DNA of 64,000 bases from an uncultured Acidobacteriota bacterium (lineage in GTDB: Bacteria > Acidobacteriota > Terriglobia > UBA7540), in the NCBI GenBank assembly GCA_963804995.1, contig CAWDSK010000006.1, forward strand, positions 704,001 through 768,000, given 5' to 3'. Position 1 is the first letter of the stretch, and the number at the start of each line of letters is the position of its first letter. A program made the position numbers and the translations under genes. Below the pieces are notes generated by a model, which ran no database searches, was not told the origin of the DNA, and saw only the letters and a program-made list of their open reading frames with translations. Shown here one piece after another: positions 19,336 to 30,014 of this stretch.

Positions 19336-20364
19336 TCATTTTATTCCCGACCCAACCAGGAACATCGCAACGATCAGGATGACAAGTCCCGCACTCATAA
19401 CCTGTAACGGCCTGCGCCCCGCACTGCGCCACTCACCGGTAAAGAGTCCCCAAAGATTTGCGACGACAACCATCGAAGACATGATGAGTGCCCAGCCCAC
19501 TGATGAGCCCATCTTGCCAAGCCGCGCTGCTCCCATTCCGTAAAAAAGGAATCCCGCCAGCCACATCGCTCCCATGCTTGCGGCCAGCAGATAATTGCGG
19601 CCCGTTCCCGGCAGCAGAAATTTTCCGAGGCTATGATTTCGCATGTAGAGATATGCGCAGAACACCGTGTTGCAAACCAGCAAGGGAAAAGTGAGGAGGG
19701 CCCAAAGTGGATTGGCGGCATATTGCGGATTTGTTCCTAAATGTTTCGCCACGTCGGCCATTTCCGTTCCAAAGGCGAAAGCAAGATTGCCGCAACAGGA
19801 GAGAACTCCGGATAGAACGCAGATGAAAACCCCGAGCGCATAGGATTTCTTGGGAGAGGGATTCACCGCACTCGCGTCTTTCGCCACCGTGTCATCTCGC
19901 AATTTCCCTGCCCACGAGCACATTGAAACTCCGGCAAGCACCACCACAATTCCTACGAGGACGGTGATTCCTTGCGCGGAAGTTGGGCTCACCTGTGATA
20001 GGACCAGCATGGGAACCAGAGTTCCAATCGCCGCCGCCAATCCAATAATGATTGCAAAACCGAGCGCCATGCCCAAGTAATCCACTCCCAAACCGAAGGT
20101 GACTGCGCCAATTCCCCAAGCCACTCCCCAGAGAAGCGTGCGCACCTCTGTTGCGGTGCTGGTCTGAGAAAGAACTTGCCCAAGGTGGGGGACCGTGACG
20201 AGAGCCACTAGCCATGGGCATATCAGATAGGCCGTCACACTGAATCCCAGCCAGGTGTTCTCCCAACTCCACGCCGCGGTGTACTTGATGGGCAATATAA
20301 AAGTGCCTTGAAAGAATCCTGCGGCTAGAACCAACAGGATTCCGATTGCGATATGTTCGGTCAC
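19336..20364 (-). CDS. rhaT: L-rhamnose/proton symporter RhaT-like transporter
   Basis: GTG start after GGAGGAAGG; QGTFILPIK..WSWENTW, WGIGAVTFGLGVDYLGMALG, ANLWGLFTGEW; about 10 TM helices. Substrate is not certain. Confidence 0.75.
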   Translation of the reverse strand: MTEHIAIGILLVLAAGFFQGTFILPIKYTAAWSWENTWLGFSVTAYLICPWLVALVTVPHLGQVLSQTSTATEVRTLLWGVAWGIGAVTFGLGVDYLGMALGFAIIIGLAAAIGTLVPMLVLSQVSPTSAQGITVLVGIVVVLAGVSMCSWAGKLRDDTVAKDASAVNPSPKKSYALGVFICVLSGVLSCCGNLAFAFGTEMADVAKHLGTNPQYAANPLWALLTFPLLVCNTVFCAYLYMRNHSLGKFLLPGTGRNYLLAASMGAMWLAGFLFYGMGAARLGKMGSSVGWALIMSSMVVVANLWGLFTGEWRSAGRRPLQVMSAGLVILIVAMFLVGSGIK

Positions 20365-20706
20365 GAGCCTTCCTCCGGGGTAAAGGTATTTCAAATCTTG
20401 CGAGCGGCACTCAATTGGAATAAAGTGCGTGTGAGTCCGAAGAGGACTGACTGTCAGCCTGCAATCAGCGCCATCGGAGTCGTCGCATTCTACAGCAAGT
20501 TGGGAGCGGCATGAGTATAATCGCCACGCAGCCTGGGGCGCGGGTAAGATCCTTTCAGGCCGCGCGCATCGAGCCGCCGCTCTCCAATCTGCCCAAGGCT
20601 TTTGTGTAACCTCCTCGTTCCTGACCCTGACTCGCCCCACGCGCTTGCCGCCGCGACGAACAGAGAATCCGCGAGGAGACCAACCCGCACTGAATATGAG
20701 GTCTTC

Positions 20707-22041
20707 ATGGTCGACGCATTAATCGTTCATCGCCTGCACTTTGCTTTTACGGTTACTTATCACTACCTGTTTCCACAGCTCACCATGGGATTAGCGTTGC
20801 TCATTCTTATCCTGAAAACCATTGCGCTCAGAACTGGTGAAGAGCATTACAACCGGGCGGCGCGCTTCTGGGCGAAGATTTTCGGAATCAACTTTGCCAT
20901 GGGAGTGGTGACGGGCATCCCCATGGAATTCCAATTCGGCACCAACTGGGCGCAATTCTCCCGTGCCGCGGGCAGCGTGATTGGCCAGACTCTGGCCATG
21001 GAAGGAGTCTTCTCATTTTTCCTGGAATCGAGCTTCCTGGGCCTCTTTCTATTTGGGGAGAAGCGCCTGGGCCCGAAGGGTCACTGGTTTGCTGCCTTCA
21101 TGGTTTTCCTCGGCTCCTGGCTGTCAGGTTACTTGATCGTCGCCACCGACGCCTGGATGCAGTACCCGGTGGCCTACCGGCTGGGCGCGAATGGCGAAAT
21201 CCAGCTCGCGAGCTATTGGGGCCTGCTGTTCAATCCCTGGGCGCTGTGGCAGTACGCGCATAACATGAGCGGCGCGGTCACGACGGCGGCGTTCGCCATG
21301 GCCGCGTTAGGTGCATTCTATCTGTTGACGAAACAATTCCAGGCCTATGCGCAAACCTTTGTGCGGATCGGCGTGGTGGCGGGCCTCCTCGCCTCGCTCT
21401 TTCAACTTGCTCCCTCGGGTGACGCGCAGGGCCGCATGCTGGCTGACCACCAACCGGTCACACTGGCTGCCATGGAGGGCATGTTCGAAACGCAGCGGGG
21501 AGCGCCGATTGCTATCCTGGGCCAGCCCGACATGCAGAACCGGCAACTCGATAATCCCCTCGTAGTGCCGCGCATGCTGAGTTTCCTTACCTATCGCCGC
21601 TGGATGTCGGAGGTGAAGGGTCTGGACGCCTTCCCTCAGCAGGATTGGCCTGACAATATCCCGCTGCTCTATTACAGCTACCACATCATGGTGGGTCTCG
21701 GCACCATCTTCATTGCCATTATGGTCATCGCCGGTTGGAAGCTTTGGAAGGGAACTCTCTACGCTTCGCGGGGCATGCTGTGGGCGCTGATGCTTGCGCT
21801 CCCCTTCCCGTATATTGCCAACACCGCGGGATGGATGACGGCGGAATTCGGCCGCCAGCCGTGGCTGATTTACGGGCTGATGCGCACCCAGGACGGCGTG
21901 TCGCCGCAGGTGTCTTCCGGAAACGTCTGGTTTACGCTCATCGGTTTCATGGGCATGTACACAGTGCTCAGCATACTGTTCCTCTTCCTCGTTTATCGCG
22001 TCATCGAGCGAGGACCGGAATCTTTTTCATCCCATACCTAG
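20707..22041 (+). CDS. cydA: Cytochrome bd ubiquinol oxidase subunit I
   Basis: FTVTYHYLFPQLT, GVVTGIPMEFQFGTNW, YHIMVGLG, AEFGRQPWLIYGLMRT. Confidence 0.95.
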   Translation: MVDALIVHRLHFAFTVTYHYLFPQLTMGLALLILILKTIALRTGEEHYNRAARFWAKIFGINFAMGVVTGIPMEFQFGTNWAQFSRAAGSVIGQTLAMEGVFSFFLESSFLGLFLFGEKRLGPKGHWFAAFMVFLGSWLSGYLIVATDAWMQYPVAYRLGANGEIQLASYWGLLFNPWALWQYAHNMSGAVTTAAFAMAALGAFYLLTKQFQAYAQTFVRIGVVAGLLASLFQLAPSGDAQGRMLADHQPVTLAAMEGMFETQRGAPIAILGQPDMQNRQLDNPLVVPRMLSFLTYRRWMSEVKGLDAFPQQDWPDNIPLLYYSYHIMVGLGTIFIAIMVIAGWKLWKGTLYASRGMLWALMLALPFPYIANTAGWMTAEFGRQPWLIYGLMRTQDGVSPQVSSGNVWFTLIGFMGMYTVLSILFLFLVYRVIERGPESFSSHT

Positions 22042-22068
22042 GCACGAACTGCTTGAGGAGTCACTGGC

Positions 22069-23115
22069 ATGCAAACCGTCTGGTTCTGTCTCGTCGCAGT
22101 CATGATCGCAATTTATGTCGTGTTGGATGGATTTGACCTGGGCGCAGGGGCAATTCATCTGTTGGTGGCGAAGGACGCGAAGGAGCGGCTGCAGGTTATC
22201 CGCTCTATCGGCCCTGTTTGGGACGGCAACGAAGTCTGGTTGCTGGCGGCGGGGGGAGTGCTTTACTTTGCTTTCCCGGTGCTCTACGCCTCTGGATTCA
22301 GCGGCTTCTATTTGCCGCTTATGATCGTGCTCTGGCTGTTGATTCTGCGTGGCATCGCTATTGAATTCCGCGGCCAGGTGGACAGCCCCGTCTGGGTTCA
22401 GCTTTGGGATGTTGTCTTTGCGGGGGCGAGTCTTCTGCTCGCCGTCTTTTTCGGTGCGGCGCTCGGGAATGTGGTTCGCGGTGTCCCCTTGAACGATAAA
22501 GGGTATTTCTTTGAGGCCTTATGGACCAACTTTCGTCTGGGACCGAACACCGGCATCCTGGACTGGTACACGGTCATCGTCGGGGTCGCAGCTCTGCTCA
22601 CCCTCGCCCTGCATGGAGCGCTCTGGCTGGCCGTGAAGACAGAAGGCCCCGTCCACGATCGTTCTACGCGCTTGGCGCGAGCCGTATGGTGGGCCGTCCT
22701 GGCCATGACGATTTTAGTTACCGTGGTCACTTTCGAAGTGCAGTTGCAGGTTCCTCTGAATCTCATGCACCACCCCTGGGGATACATCTTTCCCTTGCTG
22801 GCCCTGGCTGGCCTCGCGGGGATGGCCTGGTTCATGTTGAAGAAAGACGATATGAAAAGCTTCCTTTCGTCTTGCGCGTACATTCTGGGTATGCTGACAA
22901 GCGTGGTGTTTGGATTATACCCGCTGGTTTTGCCGGCCAGCACCCTCCCTTCCTACTCGCTCACCGTCGACAATGCCAAAGCCGGCGATTACGGTCTGCG
23001 CGTGGGCCTGGCGTGGTGGATCGTCGGCATGATACTGGCCAGTGGTTACTTCATTTATCTCTTCCGCAGCTTCGCGGGAAAAGTCCAGACGGGGGAACAA
23101 GAAGAGGGCTATTGA
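22069..23115 (+). CDS. cydB: Cytochrome bd ubiquinol oxidase subunit II
   Basis: YVVLDGFDLGAG, IGPVWDGNEVWLL, LILRGIAIEFR; directly follows cydA. Confidence 0.95.
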   Translation: MQTVWFCLVAVMIAIYVVLDGFDLGAGAIHLLVAKDAKERLQVIRSIGPVWDGNEVWLLAAGGVLYFAFPVLYASGFSGFYLPLMIVLWLLILRGIAIEFRGQVDSPVWVQLWDVVFAGASLLLAVFFGAALGNVVRGVPLNDKGYFFEALWTNFRLGPNTGILDWYTVIVGVAALLTLALHGALWLAVKTEGPVHDRSTRLARAVWWAVLAMTILVTVVTFEVQLQVPLNLMHHPWGYIFPLLALAGLAGMAWFMLKKDDMKSFLSSCAYILGMLTSVVFGLYPLVLPASTLPSYSLTVDNAKAGDYGLRVGLAWWIVGMILASGYFIYLFRSFAGKVQTGEQEEGY

Positions 23116-23160
23116 TAATCTCTTGGGCCCAACAACAAGTAAGGGAAGCATCGCGATAAC

Positions 23161-23475
23161 ATGCCCGGCACCTTCAAGAAGCCTGGGGTCGAACGGGATT
23201 TTCTGGCCTTGTGGCCCGCCTATGAGAGTACACGCTCGTTGGATCATCTCCGAGCCACGGAGTACTCTCGCCTGGACCAGCTTGGGCACAGCTACCTTGA
23301 TTACACGGGAGCGGGCCTGCATGCGAGCAGTCAGGTGCGCGAGCACCTGAACCTGATTGAGTCGCACGTTTTCGGCAACCCCCACTCGCACAATCCCACC
23401 TCGACCACCATAACGGCTCTGGTTGAACAGTACCGGCGCAAGGTCCTCGAGTTCGCAACTGAATTCCTTGAATAA
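23161..23475 (+). pseudogene. Truncated class V aminotransferase / Moco sulfurase-like remnant
   Basis: EYSRLD...SYLDYTGAGL...VFGNPHSHNPTS...RRKVLEF then early stop; only about 100 aa, no PLP-lysine region seen downstream. Confidence 0.7.
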
Positions 23476-23919
23476 CCCCGAGTTTACAAATGCCGTGGCC
23501 CGAGCCCGGATTTCTCCTTCGTATCACCTGTAAAGTTGTCAGGGTTTGCGCAAACCTCTAATCTCCCTGCGCCTGCTATGACTCAGGCGCACCCTCACCG
23601 CAGGCGTAGGTATTACCTGGCCAACATCGCCCACCTCAGCGTGGTGCGACTGGACCCGTCGCCATCGTAAAAGTGCAGGGAAAACGATAATTATTCCTTG
23701 GATTTAGGTTCGCAACTTACCTGTGGCTTATCCCCCGACGGGGAATGGGAACGCGAAGCTCAGGTAAAGCGGGAAATCCCGGGGATTCGAGGCAGGACAA
23801 CAAACCAGAGGATCAGGAACCCGACAAAAACCAATGCACCTTCCATATGAATGAGGATACACCAAATCGGTGCGGGCGGCGGGGATTACTCCGGTCCGTA
23901 AGAAGCGGTTGCACACTCG

Positions 23920-25494
23920 TCAAAGCGAAGGCCACAGGGATTCCCAAATCTTGAACTCATGATGAAACCCGATCTGTTCGGTGCGGGTGGACTTGCGGCC
24001 GGAAGCGACGTCCAGGGTTTCCTGGAAAATCCTGTTCCCGACCTCTTCCTTCGTTTCCTCGCGGTCCAGGATGGTTCCGGCGTTGATATCCAAATCGGCG
24101 TAGGATTTGGCAAGCTGGGGGTTGGTGCCGATCTTCATCACCGGCCCCAGAGCGCAGCCGATGCCTGTCCCGCGCCCGGTCGTGAAGAGCGCCACTTGCG
24201 CCCCGCTGAGGAACAGGGCGGGAGTGCAGAGGTGATCGTAACCGGGCGTGTAGAGCACATACAGGCCCTTGCGGTCACCCAGCCACTCCCCGTAATCGAT
24301 CAAATCCTCGACGATGGAAGTTCCGCCCTTGGCTTTGACACCGCTCGACTTCAGATAAATGTTGTAAAGCCCGCCCTTGATATTACCCGGTGAAGGATTA
24401 TCGCGGAAGTAGTCGCCGAATTTCCGCACATAAGCCTCATAACGTTTGAGGGCATTCATCAATTTGCGGCCCACGGCACGCGTGCGGGCCCGTCTGACCA
24501 GATCAATCATCGCCGCGCCCTGCAACTCCGGGATTTCCGGAAGGAAAACGGCGGCGCCGGCTTTCACGAACATGTCAGCCGCCACGCCCACGGCGGGATT
24601 GGCGGTCACGCCTGACCAGCGGTCTGACCCGCCGCACTCCGTCCCCACAATAAGTTTAGAAATGGAAACCGGCTGGCGTTGGAATTGATTGGCGTAATGA
24701 AGCAGATTCTCCACGGCTTCCAGGCCGCGTTCAACGGTTTTCTCACTGCCACCCAATTGCTGCACCGTCAAATTCACGACGCGCCGGTTATAGTCGGTAA
24801 TGGAACTCTGAAAGATCGGCACGGAGCACTCAACGCACGTCTTGCCGCACCCCAGGTCAACGTAAGCGGCCGCACCTAGATTCGGATGGCGCAGGGTATT
24901 GGAGAGCAACTGATTGAGAATCGCGACAGCCTCACCGTCGGGCATGCCGCAGCCGGATTCATGAATGATGGGGACAACACCATCGACGTTGGGGAATTTC
25001 TCACGAGAATAAATCTCGCGATGGGCGCGCGTGGCAATTTCCCGGACTTCCGTGGAAGAACACATTCCCGAGGTCACCACGCCAACCAGGTTGCGCACAC
25101 CCACTGTCCCATCCGGCCTGACGAATCCGTCAAACGTCAGGGACGAGAGTTTGGGATCAAGCTTGGTCGGCGCGGGGTTATCAACATAGCGGACGGATAG
25201 GCGAGGCAGCCGGGAATGCAGGTTACTTGTGTCGATGGGTTCGCCCGGGTGAACGGAACGGGAGGCAAGCCCGATGGGATCTCCCAGCGAGACGTAGGCC
25301 TGACCACGGCGGATCGGCTTAATCGCGAAGCTTTGGCCACGCAGGGTGCGGCCAGAAATCGTCATGACTTGCCCCGCGTGTTTCAGTGCGGCGCCCTTAT
25401 CGATCAAATCCGCCGTCACCACGGCCACGTTGTCTTTGTCGGGCCGGACGATGATTGCGACTTCCTGAAGGTCTCGTGGTTCCATACTAAGCAT
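23920..25494 (-). CDS. UxaA/GarD family sugar-acid dehydratase with SAF domain
   Basis: DNVAV SAF start; GFVRPDGTVGVRN, HESGCG, GTECGGSDRWSGVTANPAVG, NPSPGNIKGGL, LFTTGRGT. Confidence 0.85.
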   Translation of the reverse strand: MLSMEPRDLQEVAIIVRPDKDNVAVVTADLIDKGAALKHAGQVMTISGRTLRGQSFAIKPIRRGQAYVSLGDPIGLASRSVHPGEPIDTSNLHSRLPRLSVRYVDNPAPTKLDPKLSSLTFDGFVRPDGTVGVRNLVGVVTSGMCSSTEVREIATRAHREIYSREKFPNVDGVVPIIHESGCGMPDGEAVAILNQLLSNTLRHPNLGAAAYVDLGCGKTCVECSVPIFQSSITDYNRRVVNLTVQQLGGSEKTVERGLEAVENLLHYANQFQRQPVSISKLIVGTECGGSDRWSGVTANPAVGVAADMFVKAGAAVFLPEIPELQGAAMIDLVRRARTRAVGRKLMNALKRYEAYVRKFGDYFRDNPSPGNIKGGLYNIYLKSSGVKAKGGTSIVEDLIDYGEWLGDRKGLYVLYTPGYDHLCTPALFLSGAQVALFTTGRGTGIGCALGPVMKIGTNPQLAKSYADLDINAGTILDREETKEEVGNRIFQETLDVASGRKSTRTEQIGFHHEFKIWESLWPSL

Positions 25495-25689
25495 TCTGCC
25501 TTTCGCCAGGCTGACTTACGTACATCGTTTCTTGACGGACTTGTTACCGCGCCACTTCTTCCTTAAATCCCGGTGTCAGCTACTTTCAAAGCGGGGCGCG
25601 AAGGCCGCGAGTAACGACTCTCCATGTGCAGCCTGATCCCTTGATGCTGGAATCTGCCTGACGGGATTCCGTTGCGCCCTGAGCCGTAC

Positions 25690-27012
25690 CTATCCTGCGG
25701 ACTGCGCGAGGTCTGCAAATTCCGGCACTCGCACTTTCGATCCATAAAAAGCATAGTACGTAATGAACGTATAGCAAGCCATGGGCACGAGCATCGCCAG
25801 GGCCATGCTCCGCGTAAATTGAAAGATCAGTCCCATGGCGGGTGGGGCGCAAGCGCCGCCGATAATCGACATGATGATGATTGAGCCGCCCAGCTTGGTG
25901 TTGGGGCCCAGTTCCTTGATGCCCAGCGCAAAGATAGTGGGGAACATGAGCGACATGAAGAAACTGGTCATGAAAACTGCCCCGACTCCGATCCAGCCCG
26001 GGGAAAAAACTCCCACGCCGACCAGAGCCACATTGATGATGCCATAAACCCCCATGAGCCGGGTTGGCGCGACGAATTTCATCAGATAAGTGGCGGTAAA
26101 CCTACCCACGCCGAAAGCTACCAGGGTCCCAGTAAGAAAATAGCCGGCAATCTTCTCTGGCCGATGCGTGTAATCCTGTATGTATTGGATGTAGTAACTC
26201 CAGGTCCCCACCTGGGCGCCCACGTAGAGAAACTGCGCGATCACGCCCTTCACGAAATGCGGGTAATGAATTAGGTCAGCCGCCTTGCCATGCTGGCGGG
26301 CGCCTGCGGGGTCTGCTTCTTCCGCTACCTTGGGGAATTTAGTTTTCAAGATCAGAAGCGCCCAGAAGAAAATGATCGTACCCAGAACGAGATAGGGAGT
26401 AACGACGCGCAAAGTTTCGCCTTGCAAGTAGGCGTTGTAGGTGCCGGCAGCCTTGAGGGAGTTAACCTGCTGATTGTTCAGTTCGACCCCGGAAAAAATA
26501 AAGACCGTTCCCACCAGGACGCCGGTAACCGCGCCGACAGGGTTGAAAGCCTGGGAAAAGTTGAGCCGGCGCTCCGAAGTCCTGGGATCGCCCAACAAGG
26601 CGATGAACGAATTCGCTCCCGTTTCCAGGAACGACGCGCCGCTGGCAATGACGAACAGGGCAAAGAGAAAAAATCCATAATGGCGAACGATCGCCGCCGG
26701 CCAGAAAAGGAAGGTGCCAAGGCTGTAAAGGAAGAGCCCAATTACCAGCCCGGCCTTGTATCCAAATCTCTTCATCACCAGGGCGGCAGGCACGGCCAAA
26801 AGGAAATAACCCATGTAGAAAGCGGATTGAATCAGCCCTGCCTTGAGCCGAGTGAGCTCAAACGACTTCATGAACTGCTTAATCAGAATGTCGTTCATAT
26901 TGCTCGGGATACCCCAATACAGGAAAAGGGCGGTGACAAGCACAAACGGCAGGGTATTCCCAGGCGAAAAAAGGGGCGGGGGTTGATCCGAGTTGGCATT
27001 CGTCAGGGGCAT
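25690..27012 (-). CDS. fucP: L-fucose:H+ symporter permease FucP-like MFS
   Basis: NDILIKQF, IQSAFYMGYF, FLETGAN, RRLNFSQAFNPVG, AQFLYVGAQVGTWS, FMSLMFPTIF. Confidence 0.85.
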   Translation of the reverse strand: MPLTNANSDQPPPLFSPGNTLPFVLVTALFLYWGIPSNMNDILIKQFMKSFELTRLKAGLIQSAFYMGYFLLAVPAALVMKRFGYKAGLVIGLFLYSLGTFLFWPAAIVRHYGFFLFALFVIASGASFLETGANSFIALLGDPRTSERRLNFSQAFNPVGAVTGVLVGTVFIFSGVELNNQQVNSLKAAGTYNAYLQGETLRVVTPYLVLGTIIFFWALLILKTKFPKVAEEADPAGARQHGKAADLIHYPHFVKGVIAQFLYVGAQVGTWSYYIQYIQDYTHRPEKIAGYFLTGTLVAFGVGRFTATYLMKFVAPTRLMGVYGIINVALVGVGVFSPGWIGVGAVFMTSFFMSLMFPTIFALGIKELGPNTKLGGSIIIMSIIGGACAPPAMGLIFQFTRSMALAMLVPMACYTFITYYAFYGSKVRVPEFADLAQSAG

Positions 27013-27204
27013 GCTGGGGCTCCAGTCGCCAGACTAAAAATCCAAAGTTTCTTTCGGTGGGCAAAACAGGCCGGTCAACCTCGAAACGGCTATCCTATCC
27101 TTCCACTCCGTCCAGCCCAGACAGCATGGCACAAGTCTTGCTGTCGGTATTTCACGGCGGCAGAAGTTTCTCCACTTCTTGTGTTGCTCGGTTTCGTCAT
27201 CGGC

Positions 27205-28224
27205 CTAGGTTTCCAAATCTTGTGTGTCGAGTCTCCCCTCGCTTTTGAGCCTCTCGAAAATGGCAGCGGTTTCCCGGATTCCGTCTTGCAGCGGCGTGCG
27301 CGGAACGCCAGCCAAATCGTGTTGCAGCGCGCTGTCGTCGAAGTCGAAGGAAACTGGCAGAGAATTGCCTTCGGCTTTTACCAGCGTGCGAGACTGGGGC
27401 AGAATCTGTTCCAAGGTGGCAAGAAAATCCTTGATGCGGGTGACCTCGCCGCGTGGTGTATAGACTTTTGCCCCGGTCAAGGCCGTCTCCGCGCAGCGGA
27501 TAAAGATGCGGGAGGTGTCTCGCACGTACTGCAAATCGAGCCCACCGGTAAAGCGAATTGTGTACGGCTGGCCGACCACCGAAGCTTTGATGGCCTTGGT
27601 GGGACCGGAGGTCATCCCCCGGTCGCGCCCCACGCCGTAGACGGATCCCGGGCGGATGGCCACACTGGAAATACCATGATCCAGGAAATAGACTCGAGCA
27701 TTACCTTCATTGCATTGTTTGAAAACGCCGTAATGTGTTCCGGGCAGAAGGGGCGCGCCTTCCGGAACGGTGACGCCCCCGTAAACTTCTTCCGGGCCGA
27801 AGACCGCGGCCGAGCTGGCATAAACGATACGCTCCACCAGATCGCGCCGGCGCCGGGCCGCTTCAAACACATTGAGCGTTCCCACCACGTTGATCATCGC
27901 GCCGCGAATGGGATCTGCCGCACAGAAAGGCACCTGAATTCCAGCCAGATGGAGCACGTGCGTGATGCCGTGCTGCCCAATGGCGCTTTCCACGTCCGCG
28001 AATTGGGTGACATCACCTTGAATGAATTGGACTGACGCGAGCTGCTGCGGGGTCAAGAGCGCCGCCAGTCGCGCTGCCGCGGTGTCGATATCAAAGACAT
28101 ACGGACGGTCCCCACGTTCGATGAGTTCCTTGACGATCCAGGATCCAATAAATCCTTTTGCGCCCGTGATCAGATAACGGCGCGGTGAGTCGGCGGGCTT
28201 GCTACCTTGAGTAGATGGAGTCAT
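27205..28224 (-). CDS. NAD-dependent epimerase/dehydratase (extended SDR)
   Basis: LITGAKGFIGS, HLAG, NVVGTLNVFEA, ASSAAVFG, YxxxK (YGVFK). Confidence 0.88.
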   Translation of the reverse strand: MTPSTQGSKPADSPRRYLITGAKGFIGSWIVKELIERGDRPYVFDIDTAAARLAALLTPQQLASVQFIQGDVTQFADVESAIGQHGITHVLHLAGIQVPFCAADPIRGAMINVVGTLNVFEAARRRRDLVERIVYASSAAVFGPEEVYGGVTVPEGAPLLPGTHYGVFKQCNEGNARVYFLDHGISSVAIRPGSVYGVGRDRGMTSGPTKAIKASVVGQPYTIRFTGGLDLQYVRDTSRIFIRCAETALTGAKVYTPRGEVTRIKDFLATLEQILPQSRTLVKAEGNSLPVSFDFDDSALQHDLAGVPRTPLQDGIRETAAIFERLKSEGRLDTQDLET

Positions 28225-28396
28225 GGCTTGGCATTATATAAGTTCGCGGAAGTGAGTCAACGCCGGGGTGCGATGTTTTGCAGCAAGCCCTTCAGGAACG
28301 GGCCCGGAAATCCAGTTTCGGCAGGCCCGGTGGACAAGAAAAAACATTTCGTGGCGAGGCTGAAATGGTTGCGGCCCATGGGCGGCCGAACGGGAA

Positions 28397-29674
28397 TCAG
28401 TGTGCCGGAGCGTCAGCCGTCCCCGCCTGTTTCTTCGGGGCATGAATCATGAACAAGACGCAGGCCGTCGCCAGCAAGGGTACGGTGCCTGCCAGAAAGA
28501 ACGCCGGGAAGTAGGAAAACTTATCAACCAGCCATCCCACGAGCAGCGTGAAGAGTGTTCCGGCCAGCCCCGCGCCCATTCCGCTTACGCCGGTAACGGT
28601 AGCGACAACGTCCTGCGGAAATAAGTCGGAGGGAAAGGTAAGGCCCATGGTTGACCAGCTCGCATAACCCCACACGGCAAGACTGATAAGAAGGAGTGCC
28701 CCGTAAGCGCTATGTGACATGGCCGCCGGGATTCCGGCGAGCATGGGCACGGAACTGATGACACAGACCCATTTGCGGGCGCGCACCACGGGCATGCCGC
28801 GCTTGATCAGGTAGCCGGAGGCGAAGCCCCCCGTAAAGTTTCCGATATCCGCCGCAACGAAGGGAAGCCACGCGAAGGCCGCAATCTGTTTCAGGCTGAA
28901 CCCCCGTGCGTCACTGAGATATTGCGGCAGCCAAAAAATGTAGAACCACCAGATAGGATCGGTCAGCGAGCGGCCGAGGACGATTCCCCAAACGTTCTTC
29001 TGTTTCAGCAGGCTTAGCCAGCGCGCGACGCCGCGCTGTGAGGAAGTGGTCGCCGTGTCGTGCCCGGCCCTGATGAGCGCCCGCTCCTCCTCGGTCACCC
29101 GTGGATGACGGTCCAGAGGATGATAAACAGCCAGCCAGACGGCCAGCCAGACAAAACCCAGGAGTCCCGAGAATACGAAGGCGTATCGCCAACCAAAGAG
29201 AATGGCAATCCAGGGGACGACCAGCGCCGCAATGGCTCCTCCCACGCTCGAGCCGCTATCAAAAATGGCGACGGCCACCCCACGTTCTTTGGCAGGAAAC
29301 CACTCCGCAACGGTTTTGCTTGCGCCGGGCCAATTGCAACCCTCACCAATACCCAAGAGAAAACGAAACACTCCAAAGGAGAGGACGGAATTCGCGAGGC
29401 CGGTTAACATGCTGATGGCTGACCACCAGATGACCGCTAAAGTGAGGCCGAGCCGCGTGCCGATGATATCGAGCAGAACACCACCCACCAACCACGTGCC
29501 GGCATAGGAAATTTGAAAGGCCGAGAAGATCCAGGAAAGCTGGGTGTGGTTGAGGTGCAATTCCTGCGTGATCACCGGCGCCAGCACGGAGAACGTTTGC
29601 CGGCTGATGTAATTAATTACCGTTGAGCCGAACAGTGTCCAGACGATCCACCAGCGCAGTCGCTTGGAAGCCAT
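28397..29674 (-). CDS. MFS transporter, hexuronate ExuT-like
   Basis: LRWWI, INYISRQTFSVLAP, LGIGEGCNWPGASKTVAEWFPAKER, LTDPIWWFYIFWLPQYL. Confidence 0.85.
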   Translation of the reverse strand: MASKRLRWWIVWTLFGSTVINYISRQTFSVLAPVITQELHLNHTQLSWIFSAFQISYAGTWLVGGVLLDIIGTRLGLTLAVIWWSAISMLTGLANSVLSFGVFRFLLGIGEGCNWPGASKTVAEWFPAKERGVAVAIFDSGSSVGGAIAALVVPWIAILFGWRYAFVFSGLLGFVWLAVWLAVYHPLDRHPRVTEEERALIRAGHDTATTSSQRGVARWLSLLKQKNVWGIVLGRSLTDPIWWFYIFWLPQYLSDARGFSLKQIAAFAWLPFVAADIGNFTGGFASGYLIKRGMPVVRARKWVCVISSVPMLAGIPAAMSHSAYGALLLISLAVWGYASWSTMGLTFPSDLFPQDVVATVTGVSGMGAGLAGTLFTLLVGWLVDKFSYFPAFFLAGTVPLLATACVLFMIHAPKKQAGTADAPAH

Positions 29675-29794
29675 AGAGATCGATTCTTCACCTTAATCGC
29701 GGTCCTGAATTCGCGCAATGTCGCTGCACGATACCATAGCCCGCGGCTTTCTGTCATCGATTTTTGGGGCGCTCCGATGGCGTGCGCGGCGGGC

Positions 29795-29905
29795 GGTGGT
29801 GGGTCAGTTTGATGTTGTAGCGGCGAGTTTACCTCGCCAAATGGCGGCGTCCCGATCGGATCGGGATGAATGCCGCCGCCTCTACGTCAAATTGACACCA
29901 CTACC
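29795..29905. mobile_element. MITE-like composite repeat (TIRs, GTAG REP doublet, palindromic insert)
   Basis: Ends ggtggtgggtcagtttga / tcaaattgacaccactacc; internal gtagcggcgagtttacctcgcc and cccgatcggatcggg; right part repeated at about 39544-39620. Confidence 0.65.
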
Positions 29906-30014
29906 CCGCAGGTGGCTTCATTGCATTCGGAGGGTGGTTTCATATACAGTACCCGGCGATGTTGCGGAACGCCCGCGCTGTGCGCCTGCTTGTATCTTCT
30001 CCAGGAGTCACTTA

